This document shows, one piece after another, positions 29,041 to 37,915 of a stretch of DNA of 64,000 nucleotides. Made by a program: the position numbers and the translations under genes. This DNA is from Ferruginibacter sp. Lineage in GTDB: Bacteria > Bacteroidota > Bacteroidia > Chitinophagales > Chitinophagaceae. The notes beneath the pieces are model-generated. The model saw only the letters and a program-made list of their open reading frames with translations. It was not told where the DNA came from and did not search any database. Where the stretch lies: contig CBDFHZ010000003.1 in NCBI GenBank assembly GCA_965247855.1, forward strand, positions 116,914 through 180,913, in the 5' to 3' direction. Numbering within the stretch: the stretch's first letter is position 1; each line of letters opens with the position of its first letter.

Positions 29041-29367
29041 CCCGACTTTCGATCCGTTCTCTACGCCCTGAAAAGGCTGTAATAATACCACATCGTTGTT
29101 TTCGTTGTAAACACCCAACACCAGGCATTCGCTCATAAAATCAGCGATCTGTTTCGGCGGAAAATTGATCACAGCGATCACCTGCCTGTGCAGCAGTTCT
29201 TCTTTTGTGTAAAGCGTAGTTATCTGCGCGGAAGAACGCTTAATGCCTTCTTTGCCAAAATCGATTTTTAATTTATACGCCGGCTTTTTTGCTTTAGCAA
29301 AATCAACAACTTCGATAACGGTGCCACAGCGCATATCGATCTTTTCAAATTCATGCCATTTGATCAT
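29038..29367 (-). CDS. csaA: tRNA-binding protein, CsaA type (OB fold)
   Basis: 109 aa. Typical CsaA sequence (FEKIDMRCGTVIEVVDFAKAKKPAYKLKIDFG..GIKRSSAQIT..QVIAVINFPPKQIADFMSE). Confidence 0.88.
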   Translation of the reverse strand: MIKWHEFEKIDMRCGTVIEVVDFAKAKKPAYKLKIDFGKEGIKRSSAQITTLYTKEELLHRQVIAVINFPPKQIADFMSECLVLGVYNENNDVVLLQPFQGVENGSKVG

Positions 29368-29657
29368 AACACTTCTGTTTTTACCACAGCGTCAATATTA
29401 AGCGGACCGAATATGTGCGGGAACATCTCACCGACAGACGGCGCCAATTCGTATTTAAGGGGCGCTCTTAGTTTTGTTTCTTCAATGTGAAGGAGCAGCA
29501 GGTCAGTTTTTCCGGCGTAATATCTTTCCAGCACACCCTTTACCTGCTCTGCTTTACTTGTGTGAATGAATCCTTCCGTATGCAATGAAGGCACCTCAAA
29601 AAATCCCTTCTCAATGGCTTTCTGCCAACTTTTATTATCAGTAACGTGGTAGATCAT
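29364..29657 (-). CDS. DUF952 family protein
   Basis: 97 aa. DUF952 pattern GFIHTSKAEQV..DLLLLHIEE..FPHIFGPLNIDAV. ATGA overlaps on both sides. Confidence 0.85.
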   Translation of the reverse strand: MIYHVTDNKSWQKAIEKGFFEVPSLHTEGFIHTSKAEQVKGVLERYYAGKTDLLLLHIEETKLRAPLKYELAPSVGEMFPHIFGPLNIDAVVKTEVL

Positions 29658-30526
29658 TCTTCTGTAAGTTCAATGAGTTCGGCTATTTCAGCCATCTTGT
29701 ATTGTTGGGTATCATTTTCGTAGCACTTGCTCAGTTCTTCCAAGAGATTGCGCACAACCCCTTTTGTTGTCATCGGGCGAAAGTACGATGCTGTGGGAGG
29801 AACGGCTATTTTTTTAAAATAATTCTCAACGTCCTTGTGAGAGTACATTTGTCCGTTAACCGGATCAATATAAAATTTTATTTTTTCGGAAGGATGACCC
29901 GCAGGATTGAGTACATCATATTGCTCATCAAAATAGCCTAAAATAAATTGTTTGGGAATATGGATCGCATGAACGGGAACATCAAGCAGATCGCATAAGA
30001 TAAGCAACATGGTACCATTTCCAAATGCATTTCCTTTGTGGCTTTCCAGTGTTTTGTTCAGTAAAAAACCTTCAGGACTATCGTATGCGATCTCGGTTCC
30101 CCGTTGCTTGTAATAATTATAAACGATACTGTTTATCACGTTGATCTGCTCGATGGGAGTGAGGTAGCTGTTCATCTCCAGCCAGATATTTCTGCGCAGT
30201 TTCTCAATTTCTTTGAATACCTGCGATACATCCATATCAGGATACGCATATTTTGATATGAGCATAGCACCGGCTAAAATATCCGCAGCGCCGGTTGACC
30301 ATTGTGTAAATTCATTTTTAAGATCAGTGAAGTGAAGCCGGTGGATCAGCATTTCTATCTTTTCCTGAAGCTCAGTGTTAGCAACGGTTTCCCAATAATT
30401 TTCCAAATTGGGAATGATCGCTTTACCAAAAGATATAATCTTATTGCTCACCGTTTCATACACATCCTGATCGGGGTCTTCTATCAATTTCAGCAAAGCC
30501 TGTATCTCTTTATTTTCCTGCATCAA
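29654..30526 (-). CDS. SirB1 / transglutaminase-like family protein
   Basis: 290 aa (TTG at 30526 or ATG at 30523). N-terminal helical region plus a transglutaminase-like core (KGNAFGNGTMLLILCDLLDVPVHAIHIPKQFILGY). Confidence 0.8.
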   Translation of the reverse strand: MMQENKEIQALLKLIEDPDQDVYETVSNKIISFGKAIIPNLENYWETVANTELQEKIEMLIHRLHFTDLKNEFTQWSTGAADILAGAMLISKYAYPDMDVSQVFKEIEKLRRNIWLEMNSYLTPIEQINVINSIVYNYYKQRGTEIAYDSPEGFLLNKTLESHKGNAFGNGTMLLILCDLLDVPVHAIHIPKQFILGYFDEQYDVLNPAGHPSEKIKFYIDPVNGQMYSHKDVENYFKKIAVPPTASYFRPMTTKGVVRNLLEELSKCYENDTQQYKMAEIAELIELTEE

Positions 30527-31071
30527 TTATTATTTACTTCCGCCTGCAGCGATAAATTTTTTGTCAATATCTTATTAAATTCTGCGTGCTCTTCTTTATT
30601 GTTGAAAACCCTTTTCGGAATAATGATCGCATAGATCGAATTTAAAAAAAGAAAATAATGTTCTTCCGTTTCCGATTTCTTGATAAAGGCAGCCCAGGAA
30701 TATTTGGTTTCTGAAATTTCGTTCTTTATTTCTAAACCTGAATCGCCTGCGGTCAAAAAATTATCAACAAATACAGATGCATTTTCCGGATCATCGGCAA
30801 TTTCTTCCGCCTGTTTATCCGCACCCGTTCTTCCGCCGATCAGCGGCAGGAGCGAGGTTCCGAACATCAGTAAAATAATAATGAAAGATATTTTGTTTAG
30901 ATAACGAAAGCCGCCAACGAAATAATACACTGCTAAAAAAACTAATACGAAGCCGATTTGTTTTAAGATACTTTTCCTTCTGGCTTTCTTTTTATCACCC
31001 GCATCCCAAACCACATATGTGTAAAAATGCACATAATCGTCTTTTGTTATCCTGTAATGCAGGGAAACCAT
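30523..31071 (-). CDS. YcxB-like membrane protein
   Basis: 182 aa. Two central TM helices and a C-terminal YcxB-like region (YSWAAFIKKSETEEHYFLFLNSIYAIIIPKRVF). Confidence 0.7.
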   Translation of the reverse strand: MVSLHYRITKDDYVHFYTYVVWDAGDKKKARRKSILKQIGFVLVFLAVYYFVGGFRYLNKISFIIILLMFGTSLLPLIGGRTGADKQAEEIADDPENASVFVDNFLTAGDSGLEIKNEISETKYSWAAFIKKSETEEHYFLFLNSIYAIIIPKRVFNNKEEHAEFNKILTKNLSLQAEVNNN

Positions 31072-31232
31072 AACTAATATTTTTTACCGCAAATCTTCGC
31101 AATTATTTTGTGTGCTGAGCGTCCCGAAGGTAATTGCAGATCTGAGTTTTATTTATTTTCGTTTCATCAGAGTATGACAAGCTCACCTGACAGCTTTATA
31201 AATACATACCGGCTCAAAAATAAACCTACCGG

Positions 31233-33851
31233 TTACTTCTTCTTCGCGGCTGCCTTTTTAGGCGTAGCTTTTTTTGAAGCAGCCTTCTTCGGTGCTGCCT
31301 TCTTAGTTGCTGCCTTCTTAGTTGACGATTTCCTTGCAGTTGATTTTTTATCAAATGCTTTCGGATCCTGCTCCACGATCATTTTCTTAACAGTATCAAG
31401 ATCAATCAACGCTAATTCTTCAGGCGTGTATTTTCCCGAAGCTCCGCCGCCGGTAAGTTTCAACATCTTTTTATTAAAGCGGATGAACGCACCCCAACGA
31501 CCGTTCTCGATAGCAATCTTATCTTCCGGCCATTGCTGAATAAATCTGTTTGCTTCTTTTTCAATTTTCTTTTCAATAAGCTCATTGCAATCCTGCTGCG
31601 TAAGCGTATCAAAATTATAAGCACGCGGGATGTTGATGAAGAGATCGTTCCATTTAATGAACGGACCAAAACGCCCTTTTCCTTTAGTGATCGGCTTTTC
31701 ATCATAAAATCCGATCGGCGCATCTTCGATCATTTTCGCCCGGATAATTTCAATAGCCCTGTTCATATCCACGGCATATACGTCTTCACCTTTGGGAACG
31801 GAAATGAACTGATCGCCCCATTTTACATAAGGACCAAAGCGGCCGATATTAACTGCAACTTCGGCGCCTTCATATTCACCTAGTGTGAGCGGTAACTTAA
31901 AAAGATCCAGGGCTTCTTCCAGCGTGATCGTTTCAATACTTTGATCAGGTTTCAGTTTTGCGAAGCGAGGTTTCTCTTCATCCGTTTGCGCACCAATTTG
32001 CACCATCGGTCCGAAACGCCCCATGCGTGCACTTATCGGCTTGCCGGTTGTTTCATCAGCACCTAAAATCCTTTCACCTTTTGCACGTTCGGCAGTTTCT
32101 AATGTATGCGCTACACCTGTATGAAAAGGAGTATACCAATCGCCGACCATCTTACCCCATTTCATTTTTCCTTCCGCGATAGCATCAAATTCCTCCTCAA
32201 TATTTGCAGTAAAAGAATAATCCATTACTCTTTTAAAATGCTCACTTAAAAAGTCTGTCACCACAAGACCAAGATCGGTAGGAAATAACTTTCCTTTTTC
32301 CGCGCCGGTGTTTTCTTCGAAGCTGTTCTTTTCAATTTCGTCATTTTTCAGTTTTACAAAACGAACAACCCTTTTGATCGGCTCTCTGTCTTTCTTTACA
32401 ACGTAATTCCTTTTCACGATCGTAGAAATAGTAGGAGCGTAAGTGCTTGGTCGACCAATGCCCAGTTCTTCAAGTTTTTTTACCAGAGAAGCTTCCGTGT
32501 ATCTTGCGCCGGGTCTGGTAAATCTTTCCGTTGCCGTCATTTCACGAAAAGCGAGTTTTTGTCCGACAGTTAAGTTTGGCAAACGGCTCTCACCTTCATT
32601 TTCATTACTTTCTTCCTCGTCATCCGTACTCTCTATATACACTTTTAAGAAGCCGTCAAATTTTAAAACTTCACCGCTTGCAGAAAGTTCTTCCTTATTG
32701 GTACTAATTTCAATTTTAGCAATCGTTTTTTCCAGCACCGCATCACTCATTTGCGACGCGATTGTGCGTTTCCAGATCAGTTCGTATAACCGATTCAGAT
32801 CCGGATCACCCACCGAACGGTTTTCCATATAAGTAGGACGAATAGCTTCATGGGCCTCCTGTGCGCTTTCGTTTTTATTCTTGTACTTGCGAACCTGTAG
32901 ATAGTTTGCACCGAAACTTGAGGAAATCTCTTTTGTGATCGCTTCCATCGCCGTGTCACTCAGGCTCACACTATCCGTACGCATGTAAGTAATCTTACCG
33001 CTTTCATACAATTTTTGTGCAAGCAACATTGTTTTGCTTACTCCGTATCCAAGCTTACGACTCGCTTCCTGCTGAAGTGTAGATGTAGTAAAAGGTGCTG
33101 CCGGCGTACGTTTGCCGGGTTTTACCTGAATGTCTTTTACCTTGTAATCGGCCCCGATACAACTGCGAACAAATTTTTCCGCTGTTGTTTCTTCGTCAAA
33201 CTTTGCGCCTTCGGCTTTAAAATTTACTGTTCTGTTATTGAGATCCGTTGCACCCAATTGTGCCTCTACTTTGAAACTGCTGACCGCGGTGAATTGATTA
33301 ATCTCTCTTTCTTTTTCCGCAATCAGTTTTACCGCCACACTTTGAACACGGCCCGCACTTAGTCCGCCCTGCATCCCGATCTTTCGCCAAAGCACGGGGC
33401 TTAGTTCAAAACCGACGATGCGATCCACAACACGACGTGCCTGCTGCGCATCCACGAGGTTCATATTGATCAAACGGGGATTAGCCACCGCTTTTTGGAT
33501 CGCAGGTTTCGTGATCTCATGAAAAACGATACGTTTGGTTGTTTTCGGATCAAGGTTAAGCACTTCCGCTAAGTGCCAGCTGATGCTTTCGCCTTCGCGG
33601 TCCTCATCCGATGCCAGCCACACTTCGTCGGATTTTTTTGCAATGCTCCTGAGCTCCCTTACTACTTTTTCCTTCTCCGGCGGAACTATATATTTAGGCT
33701 TGAAATTGTTGTTGATATCAATACCCATGTCATTCTTCTCCAAATCACGGATATGGCCGTAGCAACTTTTTACCTCGAAATCTTTTCCGAGAATGCCTTC
33801 AATTGTCTTCGCTTTCGCCGGAGACTCAACTATCAATAAGTTCTTTGCCAT
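31233..33851 (-). CDS. topA: DNA topoisomerase I with Lys/Ala-rich C-terminal tail
   Basis: 872 aa. TOPRIM start (LLIVESPAKAKTI), the active-site Tyr region, repeated C-terminal GRFGP motifs (GRFGPMVQIG, GRFGPYVKWG, GRFGPFIKWN), and a tail KKSTARKSSTKKAATKKAAPKKAASKKATPKKAAAKKK. Confidence 0.96.
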   Translation of the reverse strand: MAKNLLIVESPAKAKTIEGILGKDFEVKSCYGHIRDLEKNDMGIDINNNFKPKYIVPPEKEKVVRELRSIAKKSDEVWLASDEDREGESISWHLAEVLNLDPKTTKRIVFHEITKPAIQKAVANPRLINMNLVDAQQARRVVDRIVGFELSPVLWRKIGMQGGLSAGRVQSVAVKLIAEKEREINQFTAVSSFKVEAQLGATDLNNRTVNFKAEGAKFDEETTAEKFVRSCIGADYKVKDIQVKPGKRTPAAPFTTSTLQQEASRKLGYGVSKTMLLAQKLYESGKITYMRTDSVSLSDTAMEAITKEISSSFGANYLQVRKYKNKNESAQEAHEAIRPTYMENRSVGDPDLNRLYELIWKRTIASQMSDAVLEKTIAKIEISTNKEELSASGEVLKFDGFLKVYIESTDDEEESNENEGESRLPNLTVGQKLAFREMTATERFTRPGARYTEASLVKKLEELGIGRPSTYAPTISTIVKRNYVVKKDREPIKRVVRFVKLKNDEIEKNSFEENTGAEKGKLFPTDLGLVVTDFLSEHFKRVMDYSFTANIEEEFDAIAEGKMKWGKMVGDWYTPFHTGVAHTLETAERAKGERILGADETTGKPISARMGRFGPMVQIGAQTDEEKPRFAKLKPDQSIETITLEEALDLFKLPLTLGEYEGAEVAVNIGRFGPYVKWGDQFISVPKGEDVYAVDMNRAIEIIRAKMIEDAPIGFYDEKPITKGKGRFGPFIKWNDLFINIPRAYNFDTLTQQDCNELIEKKIEKEANRFIQQWPEDKIAIENGRWGAFIRFNKKMLKLTGGGASGKYTPEELALIDLDTVKKMIVEQDPKAFDKKSTARKSSTKKAATKKAAPKKAASKKATPKKAAAKKK

Positions 33852-34082
33852 AATTGGGTTTAAAGTGCGCTTTTTGCTTTATAAGTTCCGGAATGCTTTA
33901 TCTTATCTACGTATAAAAAGACGGTCGGGAATTGTGCAATATTAATTTAAAAATGAAAAAATAGCTTTTATTATGAAAATTTCGGAACTGAAGAGATGAT
34001 TTTAGCGTTTGTTTCGCAGCCTGTGAAATAACAAGACATAATAATTTTTTGTACTTTCATTCTTTCTTTTTAAAACACGTAA

Positions 34083-34838
34083 ATGAATGTTTCTTTAATC
34101 GGCACCGGAAATTGTGCAACCATTTTGGGAAAACTATTTATGTCCAAGGGGCATACAATAACGCAGGTGATCGGAAGAAACGAGGTAACCGGAAAAAGGC
34201 TGGCAGCGGAACTTCAAACAGCTTTTATCAGTTTTAAAGAAACGCCGGAGCAGCGAACTGATCTGGTTATTGTGGCACTATCCGATAATGCGCTTCCTGA
34301 AGCATTAAGTGGGCTGAACTTCGATATAACACCGGTAATGCACACCGCAGGCGCGGTTTCTATTCATGTGCTCAGAGGAATTTCAGCTAATTACGGTGTG
34401 CTTTATCCGCTGCAGAGCATGAGCAAAAAAATGGATCATATTCCTCCGATTCCTTTTATTATTGAAGGAAATACGGTTACGGCCCAGAATTTTGTAGGTG
34501 ATTTCGCCCTTACTTTAAGTGAAAATGTTCAGATCATGGAGGAGGAAAAACGTATCAGGTTGCACGCGGCAGCCGTGATCGTTAATAATTTTACTAATTA
34601 CTTATATAGTGTGGCCAAAGAGTTTTGTGATCAGGAGCATATCGATTTTAACATTCTCAAGCCACTGATATTTGAAACCGCCGAACGAATGAAGGACCAT
34701 GCACCTGTTGATATGCAAACAGGACCGGCAATAAGAAAGGACAACGTTACACTTGACAAGCATCTTCGCGTGCTTGCGGCTTATCCCAAGCTACGCACGA
34801 TGTATATGCGGCTTACTGATGGCATAATGAATCCCTGA
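34083..34838 (+). CDS. Rossmann-like / DUF2520 domain protein (putative NADP oxidoreductase)
   Basis: 251 aa. N-terminal VSLIGTGNCATILG dinucleotide fold and a C-terminal DUF2520-like region (HAAAVIVNNFTNYLY..QTGPAIRKD). Confidence 0.8.
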   Translation: MNVSLIGTGNCATILGKLFMSKGHTITQVIGRNEVTGKRLAAELQTAFISFKETPEQRTDLVIVALSDNALPEALSGLNFDITPVMHTAGAVSIHVLRGISANYGVLYPLQSMSKKMDHIPPIPFIIEGNTVTAQNFVGDFALTLSENVQIMEEEKRIRLHAAAVIVNNFTNYLYSVAKEFCDQEHIDFNILKPLIFETAERMKDHAPVDMQTGPAIRKDNVTLDKHLRVLAAYPKLRTMYMRLTDGIMNP

Positions 34839-34951
34839 AGTTAATAAGAGTACAGCATTCGGGAGGGCCGCGTAACCGACCGAAATTTCTTCATGGCAGA
34901 TGATTATAGAATTTAATCTGCTAGTTTTTGTCTGGGAACTTTCCGCTGTTC

Positions 34952-35581
34952 TCATTTGTACGGCATTACAATATCAGTCTGCATTTTATAGGCGTCCTTT
35001 TTAATTTTTATCTGAAGCGATGCAAAAGGATTGTCGATGTAAATCTCGTAAGCAGGCGATGTCTTTCTCTTGTTTCTGTCTTTCAACATTTCTGAGAGCG
35101 CATCGTACCCAACGGTGCTCAGCTCATTTGGTCCAAAAAAATGCGCTGTTAATACACTATCGCCGCCTGTTTTTTTGATAAACATTCCCTTTGCAAGTTT
35201 AGCAGGCGCTTTATCTACGGGAATTCCCGCTTCGAAAAAGAATGCTGATTTTTGGCTTCGATACCATGCCATCGGTTGTCCCATGGCTTTTATTTTCGCT
35301 GCTTTAATGGCGTCAGGTATTTTTTTATTGTAAATATTATTTAGTTTTTCGCTCATGCCCGCGCTGGTGGATGAACTGTCTTTTACAGAAAGCACGGTAA
35401 ATTTTTGTTCCACAGTATCAACCACATTAATGATCGGCCCCTTTTGTCGTTTGTGTGAAGTGTCGCCTTTTTCTTTTCTTACCAATGGGGGCGGGGGAGG
35501 TGATTTAACGGATTTATCTTTACAGGCGTTGAGTGACACGACTATAAGAGCAATAACAGTTATAATTGAGATTAATTTCAT
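34952..35581 (-). CDS. Lipoprotein with GyrI-like/SRPBCC-type ligand-binding domain (hypothetical)
   Basis: 209 aa, lipobox VSLNAC. The C-terminal ~150 aa resemble effector-binding (GyrI-like) domains. The assignment is tentative. Confidence 0.65.
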   Translation of the reverse strand: MKLISIITVIALIVVSLNACKDKSVKSPPPPPLVRKEKGDTSHKRQKGPIINVVDTVEQKFTVLSVKDSSSTSAGMSEKLNNIYNKKIPDAIKAAKIKAMGQPMAWYRSQKSAFFFEAGIPVDKAPAKLAKGMFIKKTGGDSVLTAHFFGPNELSTVGYDALSEMLKDRNKRKTSPAYEIYIDNPFASLQIKIKKDAYKMQTDIVMPYK

Positions 35582-35682
35582 GTGCGTGAACTGGGTTTTA
35601 AGAAGCTATGCAAATTAGCGATAATACATCTAAAAATTCCGCTCTGCGCATATTGAGATTTTAGATAATAGCTATTTTGCAC

Positions 35683-35690
35683 TACGTTTG
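35683..35690 (+). promoter_or_regulatory. Candidate -7 promoter box (TAcgTTTG) for fdx
   Basis: Perfect TAnnTTTG, 19 nt upstream of the ATG at 35709. The track's TTG start at 35688 lies inside this box. Confidence 0.45.
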
Positions 35691-35708
35691 CACCCCGAAA
35701 GAATAATT

Positions 35709-36044
35709 ATGTACAGTATCAATTTTAATTTTGAGCAGAAAGGTTTGGAGCCTGTGACGATCACGGATATAGAGCCGGGACAATCAATACTTGAAGTAGC
35801 GTTAAAGAATAACATAGATCTTCATCATAACTGCGGCGGCGTTTGTGCCTGCAGCACCTGTCATTTATACATTGATAAAGGGGAGGATCTTGTGGAAGAA
35901 CTAAGCGACAGAGAAGAAGATTTCATTGACAGAGCCATCAATCCGCGATTGAACTCGCGGTTGAGTTGCCAATGTATTCTTACAGAAGAATCAGGGGAAA
36001 TATCGGTTACATTGCCGGATCAGACACAATTTTTAGGAGAATAA
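35709..36044 (+). CDS. fdx: ISC-type [2Fe-2S] ferredoxin
   Basis: 111 aa. Cys pattern CGGVCACSTCH...LSCQ and overall similarity to adrenodoxin/ISC Fdx (DREEDFIDRA..NSRLSCQ). Confidence 0.88.
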   Translation: MYSINFNFEQKGLEPVTITDIEPGQSILEVALKNNIDLHHNCGGVCACSTCHLYIDKGEDLVEELSDREEDFIDRAINPRLNSRLSCQCILTEESGEISVTLPDQTQFLGE

Positions 36045-36165
36045 AATTTGATCTGAAGATTTGGAGATGTAATTATTTGAACATTCGAAGCCTGTAGAAC
36101 CTTGAGACAATTACAAACTTCATCTGCCATTTCCAAATTTCTAAATCAACAAATTTTCAAATCGA
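36045..36165. repeat. Intergenic inverted-repeat element, copy B
   Basis: Left arm gatttggagatgtaatt (36058-36074). Right arm 36128-36147 catttccaaatttctaaatc is the family 20-mer in reverse complement with 2 mismatches. An inner gtaatt/aattac pairing is also present. Confidence 0.7.
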
Positions 36166-36171
36166 CATTTT

Positions 36172-36408
36172 ATGAGTTTTGAATTACCGATTTACTGGAA
36201 CGATCATGAAGATATAGCGATGAAGCTGTACGAGCGTTTTGGTGACGACTTTAATGAAGGAAGGATTTACCGGATACGTTTCACGGATTTGCTGAAATGG
36301 ATCTTAGAGATCGACAATTTTAAAGGCAAGCCTGAAGAAAGCACAGAAGGGCATTTGGAAATGATCCAAAGTACCTGGGTGTATGAATGGCGTGACAATC
36401 AAAAATAA
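36172..36408 (+). CDS. iscX: Fe-S cluster assembly protein IscX
   Basis: 78 aa. Aligns by eye along its length with E. coli IscX (YWNDHEDIAMKLYERF..RFTDLLKWILEIDNF..EGHLEMIQSTWVYE). Confidence 0.85.
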   Translation: MSFELPIYWNDHEDIAMKLYERFGDDFNEGRIYRIRFTDLLKWILEIDNFKGKPEESTEGHLEMIQSTWVYEWRDNQK

Positions 36409-36413
36409 TCCGC

Positions 36414-36935
36414 ATGAATATTCTTTCCGTGCTTAAAGGTATCCGGTTGTTTGTGCTCGACGTAGACGGCGTGCTCACAGACGGTTCGCTGATATTAATG
36501 GACAACGGCGAAATGGCCCGGAAGATGAATATTAAAGACGGCTATGCACTACAGCTCGCCGTAAAGAAAGGTTATGATATCCTTATCATTTCAGGCGGTT
36601 CTTCAGCGGCAGTAAAACTGCGTCTTGAAAAGCTCGGCATAAAGAACATCCATCTAAAAGTGAGCAATAAGAAAGAATTGCTTCTGAAGTATGTTGCGGA
36701 ACACAACTATGCATGGCCGCAGGTATTGTACATGGGCGACGATATACCTGATGTGTTGCCCATGCAAATGGCAGGCGTGGCCTGTTCGCCGGCTGATGCG
36801 GTTCCTGAAATAAGAAGCATCGCTCATTATATTTCTCCGCTTACCGGCGGCAATGGCTGCGTAAGGGACGTGATTGAAAAAGTAATGAAACTTAACGACG
36901 ACTGGAACGATCATCCCGAAGTTGCTTCGATATAA
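36414..36935 (+). CDS. kdsC: 3-deoxy-D-manno-octulosonate 8-phosphate phosphatase (HAD superfamily)
   Basis: 173 aa. HAD motif I VLDVDGVLTDG and a KdsC-type small cap-less layout (..YMGDDIPD..). Confidence 0.88.
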   Translation: MNILSVLKGIRLFVLDVDGVLTDGSLILMDNGEMARKMNIKDGYALQLAVKKGYDILIISGGSSAAVKLRLEKLGIKNIHLKVSNKKELLLKYVAEHNYAWPQVLYMGDDIPDVLPMQMAGVACSPADAVPEIRSIAHYISPLTGGNGCVRDVIEKVMKLNDDWNDHPEVASI

Positions 36936-36971
36936 TTATTCCGGATTACTTTTGCCGGGATTATATTTTCC

Positions 36972-37910
36972 ATGAAATTATTTGCTGCATTTTTTCGGTT
37001 GATCCGCTGGCCCAATCTTGTGTTTATCATCATCACGCAACTGCTGTTTTATTACTGCATTTATGTGCCGATGCCGGCGCAACATCCCGGACAAAATGAT
37101 TTCATGCTCTTCTGTTTGCTGATCCTTGCTTCAGTGCTCATCGCCGCGGCAGGGTATATCATCAATGATTATTTTGACATGCAGATAGATGCGATCAACA
37201 AGCCCGGAAAAGTGATCATCGATAAATACATCAAGCGCCGCTGGGCGATATTGATGCATTGGGCTTTTTCTTCGATCGGTTTATTACTAAGTATTTTCAT
37301 CAGCTACAAAACGGGCGTGTGGCTGATCGCTATTTTTAATTTTCTCTCGGTGAATCTGCTTTGGTTCTATTCTACAACGCTAAAGAAAAAATTGCTTTGG
37401 GGTAACATCAGCGTTTCAGTACTTACCGCCTGGGTAATCTTAATCGTATATTTTTTTGTGGGAGCGAATTTCCTGAATAAATGGGAAACGGTCTCCGCTT
37501 TTAACGAACGCCGTTTATTCAAATTCACTGTATTATACGCCGGCTTTGCGTTCATTATGACGCTGATCCGCGAAGTGATCAAGGATACCGAAGATATGGA
37601 AGGTGACAGAAAATATAATTGCAATACGATGCCGATTGCGTGGGGAGTGCCTGCTACCAAAGTGTTTGCGGCCGTTTGGCTCATCGTAGGCATCGCATCA
37701 CTTGCAGCCATCGGATTGTACGCGTGGCAATCAGGATGGTGGCTGGCAACCTTATACATCTTACTACTCGTTATAGCCCCTATGATTTTTATTGTGAGAA
37801 AACTATATGCTGCAAATGTTCCTGCGGATTATTATTACCTGAGTACTTTGGTAAAAATGGTGATGCTTGCGGGTATTCTTTCCATGCTTTTATTAAAATT
37901 TATCGCGTAA
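36972..37910 (+). CDS. UbiA family prenyltransferase (DGGGP-synthase-like)
   Basis: 312 aa, about 8-9 TM helices. Asp-rich motifs NDYFDMQID and DTEDMEGD. Confidence 0.85.
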   Translation: MKLFAAFFRLIRWPNLVFIIITQLLFYYCIYVPMPAQHPGQNDFMLFCLLILASVLIAAAGYIINDYFDMQIDAINKPGKVIIDKYIKRRWAILMHWAFSSIGLLLSIFISYKTGVWLIAIFNFLSVNLLWFYSTTLKKKLLWGNISVSVLTAWVILIVYFFVGANFLNKWETVSAFNERRLFKFTVLYAGFAFIMTLIREVIKDTEDMEGDRKYNCNTMPIAWGVPATKVFAAVWLIVGIASLAAIGLYAWQSGWWLATLYILLLVIAPMIFIVRKLYAANVPADYYYLSTLVKMVMLAGILSMLLLKFIA

Positions 37911-37915
37911 TTTCT

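Noticed and set aside
31293-31322. Tandem DNA repeat gctgccttcttagtt x2.
   Set aside because: It is not a non-coding repeat or CRISPR-like unit. It encodes the KKAA tail of TopA (discussed under findings).
31108-31539. 143-aa plus-strand ORF rich in F/A/L.
   Set aside because: It is the antisense of the Lys/Ala-rich topA tail and topA C-terminus, so its composition is just the complement of the KKAA repeats.
34275-34295. TGGCAC-containing sequence resembling a sigma-54 -24 element.
   Set aside because: It lies inside the DUF2520 coding region and has no TTGC -12 element at the right spacing.
37619-37915. N-terminal 99-aa extension of the Maf ORF in the track.
   Set aside because: It overlaps the 3' end of the UbiA gene in another frame. 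The conserved Maf N-terminus (MQKIILASQSPRR) begins at the ATG at 37916.
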